From: Tubiluchus corallicola | Taxonomy: Eukaryota > Animalia > Priapulida | Assembly (NCBI GenBank): GCA_030141605.1 | Contig: JAQGDQ010000209.1 | Span: 1 to 64,000 of the forward strand | Reading direction: 5' to 3' | Length of the DNA stretch: 64,000 nt | Shown: in pieces, positions 23,211 to 38,200 of the stretch | Layout of the letters: the number at the start of each line of letters is the position of its first letter | How positions within the stretch are numbered: the stretch's first letter is position 1 | Notes under the pieces: generated by a model | What the model saw: the letters and a program-made list of their open reading frames with translations, nothing else | Told to the model about the DNA's origin: nothing | Databases searched by the model: none | Made by a program: the position numbers and the translations under genes

Positions 23211-26200
23211 ATGATGTTGCTCGCGGCAGTGATTTTAATTTTATGCGCTAGTTCCTCAGGTAAATTCTTTTAATTTCACTGTTTACCGAAATCAACTGTG
23301 ACTTAGAGCCTATACTATAGTATTAAATACTGTTGGGATATTCCAGAGCTCTCAACTCAAGATAGACTAACAGATGTGGTAGGGTGAAGTCTCAAGGAAA
23401 AGTATTAATCACAAATTAGCATTTTTTAATCACAACTTTTTTGTTTGATTATAAATTTTTATGAAGAATCTAAATGAGCATCTTTGCTTTTGTCTTTGGT
23501 GTTAAATGTGGTCAAATTTTGGCTCGTTCCAACAATCATATAATCTGTTCCGCCAAGTTTAATTTCATTCCATGCTGTAAAAATATAGTACATTGCACTC
23601 AGATTATTTTAGAATACATTTTTGATTTCCATAATTTTTGTTTCATTCAAGCTCATAATAGTAATACTATAATAATAGTTAATACAGTTTGGGTGTCAGC
23701 TACAAATTTTACAAATGATATGTTACTATTATTTCGACTAATGAGTGCGTGACACTCAAAATCATTGAGCACCTGTATATACATTACCGTAGATTGACAG
23801 GGCGGAGCCTGTCAGTAGGCTTTTTGCTTGTAGTTGTCTCTCTTGATAAACCTCTGTTAATTGTTCTATCATAAGTTTTCTCTCTTGCGTTTTATATTTA
23901 TGTTGACTGTCTACAGTTGTCTCTCAGTTGGAAGTCCGCCTAGCGTATTGTGTATACAATTATGTGATTCATATATGTGTGCTTGCATACCAAAAACGTC
24001 CATAAGTCGGCATAGTTGAAGCTACGTTATGATGCTTGAAAGTAGAATGCGCCAAAAAATTTGGTAAAATGTAAATTTTTCATATTTTATTAAATTCAAT
24101 ACTAATTTTTTTTGGACTTCTATGTTCTAGCATCAAATTACCAAGAAATTGTTCAAAAACACTAAAAATTTAATTTTACAACCATGATGTGGGGCGTTCT
24201 CATGTATAATAATTGAAACTGTTACATAGGTAACGTCCCGAGTTGCGAGCATTGACTTTCTTTTGACACCACAAACAGTTTATTGCTACTAATTTCTGAT
24301 ATGTGCTGACTTGTGGGTTCAGTGAATCTTTCCATTTAAGCATAGTGCACAGCCGTGTATTCCAAATAGAAGCAAATGAAACAGTTTTAATATTACTGAT
24401 AAATTCATTAATCACTGGCCATTTTTACAATACTTGTGTGGTGTACCGGAGTCGTGTGCAGTTACCTTTCCAATCCTAGTGCAGTGTAGTGAAGTACTGA
24501 CCTGTAAAGCTCATGAAACTTCTATTGATGTAACATCTCGTCATTGCTTTATTGTTTCGGCACCAGATCTCCTGAATTTCCGTTTAAAGCAGTATATCAG
24601 ATAATGAATAATAGCCAGTTTATTGGTGTCTTTGCCTCACGGCTAGGACACCTAACCCTTTGGTGCGATAGTACCCTTTTGTCACTTTCTGTCGCCATAA
24701 AAGTCTTGACTTCGATAATAAGCAGACATTTATCAGGAGCCATATTGGATGACTTCACTGGCTTAGCAAATTTGACACACTGTGTTGAATCTGGTTTCAA
24801 TTTCTGGGTCATGTAAAAGTATGATAACCTTGTTCTTTAACATGGTGGTTTATTGGCTAGATTGAGCATATAACCAATCACTTGCTTTCTTGTAAAGGAG
24901 ATCTAGGACAGGTATGAGGTGGGACCCTTCCCAGAGCTAACTAGGTGCATGCTCATATATCTACAGTCACAACTAACTTTATTTAGTAGATAAGTTCTCT
25001 TAATGAGTAATTACCTAATGACTCATTCAATTAACATAAGTAATTAACTAAATTCAGCTATTAATGCAACCTAAGTGTGGGACCTACACAAAATCACACT
25101 AGAATCCAAAGTCAATGGTATTAAAAGGGGTTGTAATGCTATTCGGTAGTTCTTATATTCCAAACTGACATCACAGATATCACAATAACTCCCTGCACAC
25201 TTTCCTGTCTAGAAACTAGTACTATAATTATAAAAAACTCCCATTTTCAAATTCGGAGAGTGGCTCCTGAAGGCTGACATTTTGCTTAGGGATTTTTGTG
25301 TTGCTAAGCCCAGAACTTCATCGAGAAGAGCCATCTACTAGATTTAAACATAACTTCGATGTACATTTGCAAAGTCTGTAGCAACCAACATTTGTGCTGT
25401 TGCTAAGCGTTTTATAAAAATGCAACAAATAAGAATGGCTAACTTTAACGGCAATTTTCTTAAGATTATGTTTTCAGTGTGTAGCATGCGTGTATCTCAA
25501 ATTCAACATGGATTATCTCAGCTTCGAAATAACATAGAGCGATGAGCTTGGCATCAAAATGATCATGAAGAAATAAAGATTCAGGATATGTGAATAACTA
25601 TAAAAACTTAATTGCCGACTTATGGACGATTTTGCCATGCAAGTACACATATATGTCTTAGGCTCTGTTGTAAGAGTTAACTTTCAATTTAGTTTTTTTC
25701 ACTCTGCAATAATAATAATGTAAAACACTAAGAATAGGCATGTGTGAGGTTGATAAGCTTGTGCTAAGACTGGAAGTTGTCTATCATATGCCAGAGTCGC
25801 TTGCTTAGTGTATTAAAGACTTGACAGACCTGAGGTTCGGTAATTCGTGTGTAAATTAACACATATTTGCAAATTCTATTTATTTAAACATGATAAAAAC
25901 TCATTTATAGATGGACAGGGACTGAGGTCACAGCCAAGCACTTTGACCACTGTGCCAGCAAACCATCTTCTTGCTGCCGAGACAACAACTGTTACTGCTA
26001 ATTGCATAGCAAGCGGTAGCCCGCTCCCGCAAGACTTGAGATGGTACGATGATGATCCCTACAATCAGCATGAGCCTATTCCAGAATCAGGGAGGTAAAT
26101 GTGTAAATATTTGAAATTTATTAACATAATATTTGCTGTATTTTCTTACTGTACTTTTATTTATGTCATACTTGTCTGGTTAGCAATGGTTACATTTCAA

Positions 26201-29200
26201 ATTTTCTTACTGTGCTTTTTTTATGTCATTCTTGTTTGGTTAGCAATGGTTACATTTCAAAACCTTGCTGCTAAGTCATTTTGCAATTAAGCAACACAAA
26301 ATTGTACAGGATGATAAATAATTTCAGTATTTGAATGTATTTCACATACGCTAGTGAAGTCCAATATTTTGTATATAAAAAACTATCTTCAGTTAGTCCT
26401 ATTTTATCAGGACTCACATTAATTATAATGTATTTATTTAAAATATAATTATTTTGAAGTTTTGTCAAGAAAAATTTGGCATAATAAACTGCTTCATTTT
26501 TAACACAGAGTAACAGTACACATACGGTAACTTGTAATTGTTGGTTCTTCCAATCTTACAACATTTTTTTATGTCACATGATGCGTACTTGAATTTTTCT
26601 TTGGAAAAGACATTCAGGACAATTGAGTTTTAAAGACATTAAACAATTTTCTGTTCTGTTTCGACTTTTAGCTAGTCAATTTTTGATCAAATGTTGCAAG
26701 TGAATTTTTTGTTGTAACAGTAGTCATAGACTTCCGTTTCTACAATCAAATCTCATTATACCGCCGACTTTGGATCTGCAAAAAATTTGGCATTGTAGCG
26801 AGTTTGGCATCATAACGAAGTTCGTTAATGCATGTCTATGCAGATATAAGTATTTTGTTTTGCTAAAAAATTTGGGCACTAAGCGGTGTTGACATTATAG
26901 GGGGTAGGGCGGGGTTGTAACAAGGTTTGACTGTATTTAATCCATGTTCATGATTGTGCCAGTAAGTTATCTATTGGTCAGGTATCTATTTATAAAGCAA
27001 TATGCCCCAAAAATCATACCTAAAACATTTTTCTTGCTATTTTACTGTAAAATATCTCATTCGTTTAAATTTTCCTTGGCTAGAGATGGCGTGCATGTGG
27101 AATGGGCAAACCCCGGTAAAAAAGATGTACTGATGTTATTCATAACTAGGGTAAAATATGATCATCAAGGTATTTATACATGCAAAGCTTCAGCTTCGGA
27201 CACGCCCATAGAGGTTAAACTGAATGTGACAGTCTACCGTAAGTACCATTTCTATTTTACTTGCAAAAAAACTGTAGTTGATAATCAAGTCTCAGACTTA
27301 TTGCGCAGCTGGAGAATATGAGCATTCGCCTTGCCTTAAAGAATTACTTGTCGCAAAATTCAAATCGACATCGCTAGATTACCAGAGACTGTGAAATTTC
27401 TTCTTTTTTGGCATTTTAGTGAGCTTCATTAGTTTGTAAACTAGAGATAGTTTAGCCTGTATAAATAGATATAATATTATGTTTAACAGCCTTAGGTGAT
27501 TTTCTTGAACACATCCAATAACTTGAACTATTAAAATGCATTTTAGGTATCTCCATGAACTTTGTTATTTTGTAGTCACTGCTTTTTTGCAAAATGTTTG
27601 CTTGCTAGGCTTTTCGTTTATCATGTTTGTGACAGCTCTAATTATGTAACTATTTATTTTTGGATAGAGTAGATAATGTATAAAATAAGATAGTGAGACT
27701 TGCCGTGGTCATAATTGTAATGAAGACAAAGTGCTCATTGAATCTCAACAATTTTTATTTTTCACTAGGAGCTTTCGTCCTTCACAGATTTCATTAGCTG
27801 TAAGGTAGAGAAATAAAATTAGAATTTTTTATAGTTTTTATTATTGTATCCCTCTACCTTACAGCTGATAAAGTCCATGAAGGACAGATAATATAGAATT
27901 TTAGATGCAGTCTTTGATAATCTTTTTGCTAACTTAACAGCTTAAGTTTTATGTAATTATGTTGGTTATCGTTATCATTGTGTGCTGCCATGTGTTCTTT
28001 TGTTTTGTGTTAGACATTTTCTTATAAATATAAAGATATATAAATTACTTTTCTAGTTTTTTATTTAGCAAGGCAAAGTAATCACAGTGCTTAAAGATTT
28101 TAGTCAACAGCTAACATTTGAATTATTTCAGCATTGATAATTTTGATTACAGACGAAGGAATCAACCAACCAGCAGCAATCCAACCCATACAAACAAACC
28201 GTTCTCACTCTCTTCCTCACCTTCGCAATGTGCGGTTTTCCCGTAAGTACCAGTCCTATTGCACTGTTTGGTCACTTTGTTCTTGCCTTTTCCTGTCCTC
28301 ATGACATAGCTGTGCTATGCTGACAACCACTTGTTCCTTTCATGGCCTGCTTTGCATTTCTCTCTTTTTTGGTGTAAAATGATAATTTGGTTTTGACAGG
28401 TTTGCTGTAATTTCTCTACGGCAATCCAGTTTTTTTATAAATCAGCAGGTTGCTGTAGTCTGTAATCTTTCTACAGCAATTCGACTTTTTACAGTGAGTT
28501 TAGCAGATTTCCTTTGGTCTACACCTTCACATAACATACATACATGATGAAGACACCTTCACCTACACCTTTCTATAACATTCCAATTTTTTTATTTTAG
28601 CAGGCTTGTGGTAATCTGTAACCTTCTCTCTACAGTGCCTTTTTTAGCAGTCACCTAATAGCTACATGTAAGGTATAAACCTTGTACAAGTGTAAATCTC
28701 TGTATGCACACCTGCTAAATTTTTACGAGTAAACTTTTAGTATGAAAGATGTTTAGCCTATACAGGTAACCTGTGTTTACTTTGCTATTGTGCAATGCTG
28801 TGACATAACAGGTATAATTTTTTGTGATCTCTTTAGTTTTGCTAGCATGTAATTTAATTGTGTCAAACCGTAACTTCATCACCGTAAATTTTACTTAGTT
28901 TAATTTTTCATGAAAGTAACTTTAACTTTGTGTTTGCATTGTCCCTGGTCTTTGTAATTTTTGCAGTATGTCTACCAACGCAGTTGGGTCGACTTTCGCT
29001 GGACTGCTATTTTATCTATGCAGGAGTTTAAATACATTAGATATCGTTCACTTTGACTTCTCTACTCTTCGTTTCTGGATACTGGATAGTCCTTGCATGA
29101 TTAATTTCTTTGTTCCTCGCTACTTCTTCTGGATTGTGGAGGAACTGTCAGATAGTGATAGAACGATACCAAAATTTCTAATGATTCCAATACCGATTCT

Positions 29201-32200
29201 GATTCCACTAAAAAAACTCTATTCTGATTCAGTTCTCGGTTTCGCTTCCGATTCTTTGTAAAAATATAATTTTGCTGTAAAGTTTCATATTTTAGTTTTT
29301 TAAAAATTAGCATGGAAGTGTCTGTTAATTTTTCGTGAATTGGCTGAAGTTGTATATTTTAGGCGAAACATTCATCTAGTAGCCAAGTAAGAAGCCAGGG
29401 GGAAAACTGGATCTTCCTTAGAAGTAGATTATTTTCATATAATGTTACAAGATTGTAACAAGACAGTAAAATCTTTAAAAAATGCCATCACTGATTTCAT
29501 GTTAGTTCTGTACAATACAGGACAAATTTTTCTCATTTCCGATTTCTGAAAATGCTCGATTCTTCCGATTCTTGATACCATTAGCATGTACTCATCCCAT
29601 CGTAGTTGTTAGATAAGTTATGTCTGTTCACTCAGGTCTTTCTTTCAGTGATTATTATGTTTAATAGGAGATAGCCATTATACTTCAAGTCAATGTTTGC
29701 TTGTTCAGCATTTTAGTAACTATGATATCTGACGAAAGTTGAAAAGTTCTTTTTGCCAGTTGTGAATTTTTTGTTGTTGTGCAGTTTCTGCTTTTGCTAG
29801 TTGATCGATCATGGTTTACAAATGCCGTCACTACTGCATCCCTAAATCCACCTTTTCTGTTTAAATGCAGTTAGCTACTTCTTTAATTCAGTTTAATTTT
29901 ACTTTGAAAATGAAAACTGTTTTGCTTCAATATGACTTTGCTTTGAAACGTTGCCTAAAATCTTAATTTACTCTTTTTGGCATATTTACAATTTTTACGA
30001 TTTAACTTTAAAATTCTTTATTTTTTATTAGATTATTTGCTTTAATTAAATGCTTGTTCACATTTCCCCATTTTTGATTGTGTAGCTATTCAGTTTTCCA
30101 TTTATTACTATTTAACTGCTTAGTTAGTTTGCCACTTTTGATTTTTTGCTTCTAAATCTCTATTGTTGTCTGGTAACAAATATTCGCCTGTCATCTGAGT
30201 GTATCGTTAAGTTTGTATCAAATCACAGTCTTGTTACTCGATATGAGCAAGGCATTTGATACTGTAGTGAGAGGAATTCTCTGCGACGACCTACAAACCA
30301 TACTACAACCAGATGAAAGGCACATTATTATAATTCTACTAAAGGATGTTAAACTTGTTGTAAAAGTTGGGAACACCTTAGGAAGAACTTTTAATACGAA
30401 TTTTCAAGATGGCAGCAACCACGTGTGTAATGTGTTAACTATACTGCACGTTCTACTCGAGATAGTACGATGATTTTAGTATCTACATAAAGGTTTCAAA
30501 GATCATGGAATTAAAATAATGTTTTTACCATTCTTACTGAACTTTACTATTCTTATTGTGTAATAATATCAACAATACCATGCATGCAAATCACTCATTC
30601 GATGTAGAGACTGATAAAGAAAGCAGCAATAAGAAACAAACAGTTCAAGTCAGAACTTGTAGATCCTATCCTCGTATACAGATAACATTATCACCTTAAA
30701 AAATTAAGCAATCTGTCACATTCACGTTCCGATTTTCACAGAGTTGTATAAACAACATTTCTTTGGACAATTTAGATCTGTTACAGCAGTCTTTGGCTGG
30801 CTACAACATTTAATAAGTTGTTGACATGCTTCAGGGCTTAATGTACAATGTGATTCCCATATCACTTCTGTGGACCTCTTCCAACCCGAATCAGACGATG
30901 ACAGTGTGGCACATTTTGGAGAAATTGTCTCCAAAAAATCTTCCCGTTCTTGTTAACACGTTTTTACGTGCTTTGCGAGTTGACATCAACATGATAGCTT
31001 TCTCATACAGGGGTACCACAAAATGTTCGAGCACAGGCGTGAGTTCAATCAACAGTTCTGCTTTAGCAACGTTTTTTAATGGTACAAAAGCTTCTCGTAT
31101 GTGAGCTAATCCATTTTCCATCTTTCTTTAAAAACTGAAGTCTGGTTGCAGACAGTATTGGCATGGATTGCTGACAAAGCTGTTTTTTATGACCAATGAC
31201 TTTCACAGTTTCATATGGCGTAAGATACTTCTTTATAAGCTAGCAACAACTACCTTTTCGGCCATTTTAAAAATGTTGGCCATATTGGTACTAGCATAAA
31301 TCCCTGACCTTTAGAACCTATGTATAGATACTAACATCATGGTCTTATTTACCTTAGGTCATGCAATACAGCTAATATATTATGCAACAGCTACAGCTAC
31401 CTGAGCAGCCATTTTGAAAACCTACTGAGGTGATGTGCACTAGGTGTTTCTGGGCATCAGAAATTGATTCTCTGAAATTGAAACCCTATATTTTCATGCC
31501 AAAATTGTGTTCTTGTCTGTTCTAACAGGTTAATCACCTTGATTAATTTTAGCATAGTGCAAAGTTTTGTAACTAAGATGAAGAGCAAGTTTTTCACTAT
31601 TCTGCTAAACAGTTATATAGGAAAAGCCGGTGGCCATTTTGTTTTTTATTTATTGGACTGTTTGAATCGCTTTGCATTATTTTGGGCTAGTAGCAGCTTT
31701 CTGGATTCAAGAAGATCCAAGTTGATTGTTTTCTGTTTGTATAATGAATCTTTTGATGAAAACAGTTAATGTAACTGCATAATTGGCATTATTTCATTAT
31801 TGGGTGGCAGCCATTTGGCATTTTGAAAACGGTAGTCATTTTTGAAATGAAAATGACATAAATGGATTTTGCGGGTCCAACTACTCTGGAATAGCCATCA
31901 TGACAGCTTTTTAGTGTTAATTTTCTCTTAATTTACATTTTTTGTGCAAAACATGGTAGCCGTTTTTTTGGTTTTTAACCCTCTCCTGCTAATTTTTCCA
32001 GCTGGCAACAGCTTTTTTCGGATTCAACATACATAATTTGATAAGACTGGTTATGTTGCCCACGTTTAGAAAAAAAAAATGCCTCTAGGGTTCCACTTTT
32101 CTGAAAATGAGGCTAAACTATGAATATATGCAGTATTTTGAAATATAAAAATTCGTTTTAGATTTGGGGCCATCCACATATAACAATATCAAGTTAGGGT

Positions 32201-35200
32201 AGGTGGCAGGAGATGGGGGCAAGGTAGACAGATGATGTAGTCACGATATCGTTATCTGACATCGTTAGCAACAAGAACATGCAGGATTTGTAATATTTAT
32301 CATGCATCTCAAAAATCCATGAAATCACATCTAAAATGTTGTCATCTGTGTCAAAAGTAGCAGTCTGCATCACCGGCGGCAGTGTAATTAAGCAAACAAC
32401 CCACTCATCAAGTGCGTCTCGTAGTGATGCAGAACAAGGATTGGCGGGATGTAAGAAGCCGTGAGAAGGAATCAGCTAGGAATGAGTTCAATGAGTTGGA
32501 GCTGCCACCTACCATTGCCAATGCTAGTAAAATCCACTGATGGTTTCCCATTAATTAAAACAAGTGATGCTGTGCCTGACCTTGGGAGGAGGAAGAATAA
32601 AGTAAGGATAGATAGGTGATGGGGATATGATAAGGCATTATAACGCAAGGTAGGTAGGTAGGTCTTCGAAATCGGCTGTAAACTTGATATTGTTATATGT
32701 AGATGGCCCTTTACATATACTGTCAGTTCATTTCTGACAGAATGGATAGCTGTCTATTGTCTGTGTTTCTTAGTGCATTGGAATATTTTGTTATTAATGT
32801 AATTTTGTAAGTTTTATTAATTTGTGGTTTTTGTTATGTATATTGGTGACCTGTATGTTAGTATGTTTGTAATGCATTGGTTTAACATTTGGATTGCTTC
32901 AGTTTCGATAGCTTCAGTGTATCCTTGAACTCCGTTGTTTCGTAGTCACTGCTTTATTGTAATATGTTCGTTTGCTAGCCTTAAATTTGTTATTTTTGTG
33001 GCAACTCTAAATAGGTAGCTATTATTTTTGGGTAGTACACATAGTATACATGCTGTCTGTGTTTATCTCTTTACTAACTTTATCAGCTTAACTCTCCATG
33101 TAATAATCTTAGTTCAAGGAATTAACCACCGACCTACAACTGAATCCATACAAACAAATCATTTTCGCTCTTTGTCTTTCTTCGACACATTACTGAACAC
33201 TTAAGGCTAAATTTATTTTTGCAGAGGATATAACTATTGAAGCAGTAGAGTATCAGCTTCTATGGATTAATGAGAATGGACTTATTAAATGCAAAGTTAC
33301 TGGTAACCCGGCTCCTACAGTTAAGTGGTTTAAGGGTCTCGAACCTATAAATTCAGGTAAGGTACTTTTTGCACTGACATCAATTTGAGCAAACTATATA
33401 CAGTATTAAAAATCTGAATCATTTCAGATGGAAAAGTGGTTACTGTTACAATATCCTTAAATCCTTAAAAGTCATCAAATCAAATCCTGGTTTAAAAATG
33501 CACAATGAATTGAAAGTTTATTGCCAATCGTGGCACTCTTAGGCATGCAAAATCACACTCCGACGTCATGCATTTCAACCTCAACATGGTACTTCTACAA
33601 AGGCAAGAAACAGCATATTTAACACTTGACCATTACGGCAAAAAGAAATTAAAAAAATGAGCTACATACGAAGACAGTACAGAAAGCAAAGCAAACCTTA
33701 AGTACCATATAATGTGCGATTGAACTCGAGATCAAATCGGATTTTTAAACATCAAGAAAATATCCAAAAATCCAACATCTCCATGTATGGTGTTGCACCA
33801 AAGACTCAAGTTACTAACACGTGGCTCTTCCAACAGCACGCTTAACCAAATTAACCACAAAAGCAATTATTAGCTAATGATAACATATTAAACATTTGAA
33901 TAAAAGCAGGTTAGATACCAAGTAATTTGTTTGCAAATTTAATATAATTGTTTATGTAACTTTACTGTATCAGTGGAAGTTTTGAATTTATGTACTATCT
34001 TTTAGAATTGAAATTTTAGTCGTAGATTGTCTTACAAATTCTGACATGTTATAAAGTAGTAGCAGACAAATCACATTATGAGTACAGTCACGAGGTCACC
34101 AAAGATCTGTAAACGAGCATCCGTAACCAAAGACATTTTCTGTATCTTGTACATCATTCTCGCTAATTGCGCCAAAGCCGCGAAACATGGTGCTTTTTAC
34201 AGCTCTTTACATGCATGCATTCAAAATTCACCAGAATAAGATAAGTTATTTAATTTAAGATTAAGTCTCTTTTGTTTAATTTTAACTATGAATTCTTTGT
34301 GTAATCATAGTAATGCGTTAAAAAACTTCAACTGCCTGTTGGGGTTATATAGGCATTTAATGTTTCATTAAGGTAACTAAATTGTAAATTGTAATTCTTT
34401 TAGGGGGGCGGTATGTAATTCAGGATGATGGACTTCAGATTCTTAATGTGATTGAGGATGACAGGAGTTGGTATACATGCAGAGCATCCGTAGCCATAAC
34501 CGGGAAAACTGAGCAAAAAGATATTTTTGTTGAGGTATTGGTATTAAACTTATTAAACCTATATTTACATTTACAACACCATTCCTCTTTGGATAAGAAA
34601 GTAACTCACAATGTGCAGTTTAGTATCTAATTTTGATAACACTAGATGCAGACAAGCATCTCTCTTTTGGAGTGTTTTTTGGACACAAACTTGTAAAATG
34701 TCCAAACTCTGTACGCATTTAATTTAACAAATTACTCTTTAATTTCCTGTAGATTGCTTTACCTCCTAAAATCACACATGCCCCCCTGAATACTAAGGGT
34801 GTGGAGCTCTTTGAAGCATTTTTTGAATGTTCTGCATCTGGCTATCCTACCCCGCAGTATTTGTGGTTTAAGGTAAGGTTTTTAGCTTACTTATTTCTGC
34901 TGAAAAGATGATTTAATAAGCTAGCAAATTTTGTTTGAGTTTGTTAGCTTACCTTGCCACCTTGGTGTTCGGGTCATTAGCAGCTTTGTGAGTTGGATGA
35001 ATAAATTATAATCTTTCGTCGTTCTCTGAGGCCATTCTTTGATCAACTTCCGTACCGTCATTTCTTTTCATTTCGACTTTCTTGTCTCCCGGGCAAAAAC
35101 AAGATAAGAGAGAATTCGTTTGTTTAATATTACAGTTTCTTTTTACACTTGCTAGTGATTTAAAGTCTGCAAAATTTAAAACACTATATGTGCAAAAGCT

Positions 35201-38200
35201 AACAAACTAGATTGTTTTGCGGAAGAATAGCTTGCAGAGAAAAGACTAATTTGAAATTATCAATTGATTAAAAAAATTACAATAAATCATACAGAAACTA
35301 AATACCTATTTCTTTCTAATTATTTGATTAATTCATACATAATGATTTTCCAAGCAGTTGTCATTTGTCTGTGCATGAATCTTTTAACCAGTTTCTTCAA
35401 TAAGCCTTTTTACAGTTTCGTTGTGCACACACGCAGTTGTTGTAGGTCATAGGTTAAGTGTACCACAGCAACGTGTCTTAACTACAACTATCACATTGCT
35501 ATCATTTGTGTAAAGCAAAACTCTGTGCTGTATCACTTCAGTAACATCATTTGCCTTACTTAATTATCCATTAGTCTGTGCATAGAGTGATTTAGTAGCA
35601 AAAAAATGTACTAGGTAAGGTTCTAGCTACCTGTTAAAACTGTTATTATTATAACAGCATGGGCTGCGAAGCATTGTCAAGTGTACACAAATGTGTTGTC
35701 TGATTCACTTAACCTTTGACTTTTTCACTATCATCATCAATTACTGGAACTGGGAAAAGGCTTATTGTACATGTTATTTTTGTTTTGCCAGTCAAACCAA
35801 CCTCTCACAGATCAAGAGAAGTTTCCCATTTCACCTTCTGGTAATAGACTGACAGTTAAAAACATTGACAAGCACGATGAGTCAAATTATAAGTGCCTTG
35901 CTCGAATACAGGCTACTGGTTCTGTTAGTGATTATAAAACCGATGAAGCTATAGCAAAGTTGGATGTGATACGTAAGTATAAGTGTTAGATCTTTAATGG
36001 TTGCCAAAGCTTGTTCTTTAACCCCCTTAGAAATGTACCTAGAAAATATGATAGTGCTCTCCTGACACTTGTCATGATCATAATCATAAAGAAATCAAAG
36101 TGCCCATTAACCCTTTCACTACGTATTTGCTTTTTAATTTGGCCACATTGACTTTTGAACATTTGACAATAACCGGTTTGTTACTGAAACAGAATCTTGT
36201 CAATAAACAAATAGTGGTTCGTTATTGAGTACTAATATTAAATATTGGTTTTATTTCTACACATGCACACCGTCATAAATAAGCATGTACTTATATTTAG
36301 AAACCAGTTTTTACAAAAGGCACTATACTACTAAATACAATACTACTACTATACAACAATCAACTAAACATACTTTTCGTCAACGATATACAAGTGATTT
36401 TGCTTGTGAAAATACCATACAGTACAGTATTGTGGAATGCACCTGGTTTCAGATGCTGCTTGGCTAGTTACCATTACTCGTTGCAAAGTTACCCCAATCC
36501 CATGGCTGTTAAGTTTTTCTACAATGTTTTACATGGCCGTAGTCGTGAAATAAACAGACCTGGGTAAATGCATTTAGTGCTGAGCTTGGGCGGCAGTCTA
36601 CAGCCTTCTGTAATGAAAAGGTTAAGTCTCAAAAGATATCTCTGAGTTTTTTAAGATCTAGGCCATACAAGTAGCATTCAGCTGATGAAATCTGTGAGGG
36701 ACGAAAGCTTCTGTGAAAAATAAAATGTACTTAGAAATACAACTTAGCTGCCCTTGTTAAATAAAGCCACATGCCTTATTTTATGTTCACTTGGTTACGT
36801 CGTATTGTTGCTTTTATCGTTAATGTGAAGATTGTACAAAAATTAGTCGTACAAGCAGATATTGTTTTAGCTTAATGATTACAAATCTATTACTGCAAAT
36901 TACAATTGCAAATGGCTAAATTTTGGAGTTGTCATTTTGTTTATCATTTGTATTGGTTTATAAAATTTGCTATTAGAAATATTGGTAGCCATTACGTACT
37001 GGTGTGAAGAGTTATTTATTTGTTATTTGTTTTTATTTGTTTGATTTGTACAACTGTACAAAAATAGATACCGAAACTGCCCTACAAAGAAGAAAAATTC
37101 TTGCATTATCTGCTTATTCAGATCGCACAACAGTTTTTTAAAACAAGAAATTGCCTCTTGAAACCAAAATCTGGATCTATAAAGTAGTGTGTACGATCGC
37201 ACAAGTGTGCAATAGACAAAGCTACTCGATAGGCTTTGTTTGAGTGCCTGAGAATTACGTGTTTTTTTTAATTTTATCCAATTAGATCACTTATAAATGC
37301 TTAAGCAAATAGCATGATAGGTTAGCCAATTGTAATCATTTAGTTATGCCTGTGCTCATGCAGTAGCAGAAAATTCATAGTTCCTATAAAAGCTGTTTTG
37401 AGTGGTGATGTCCTGAAGGAGTTAATAGCGTGCAACCTTACTTTCTCTAGCTGCAGAATTCTAGTATGACGTAAGTTAGAGTAGTCTCATGCAAGCCTAT
37501 AGTTAATCAATAAAAATTGATTTTCTTTCTCAATTCTTGATGAATCACTGTGAAAATCGAAAGCATTCTTCCTTGTCATGTGTCCCATCCCTCCATTTAG
37601 CAGAAATCGGTGTTGAATTGAATTGAATCGAATTTTATTAACTAACAGGGATACAGCATATTAATAATCACATACAAAGTTGTAGAGAGTTAGTTCAAAA
37701 ATAAAAACAATGTCGGTAGCGAAGTAAAATAGTTCTTGTGTAATGTTTGTTAACAGTCAAACAACGCTGATGAAAACATAATCCTCTTGGCAGAGGTAAA
37801 ATTCATAGTTTCCATACTTTTGTAGCAAAAATCTGCCAAGACTGAAAACAACATTTTTTGGCTTGAGCTCACTTGTTGCTTTTCTGTAGTTCCTCCAAAA
37901 GTACGTGATAACAGAAACAAAACCGAAGTTGAAGAAAACAAAGAGGTAGAGATAAATTGCACCATTTCTGGAGACCCTCTACCGGTCATTGAATGGCATA
38001 AAGCAGGTAGAGATGCACCTTATGTGGACGGCACACAGCCTGTAAGTATCTAACTGTTTGGGATTTTAAAAAACCAAATAGACATTCGAAGTCTCGATTA
38101 ATAAATTTTCCTCTTCCTTGTCGTTTATTCCTAAAAACATGTCATTCCATCTAAACAATAAAAAGTGTATGCCAGAAAAATACTGATAACCAAAAGATCA

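Noticed and set aside
33715-33860. tRNA/SINE-like A- and B-box motifs on the - strand
   Set aside because: Boxes are too far apart, there is no cloverleaf, and no second copy was seen in the window.
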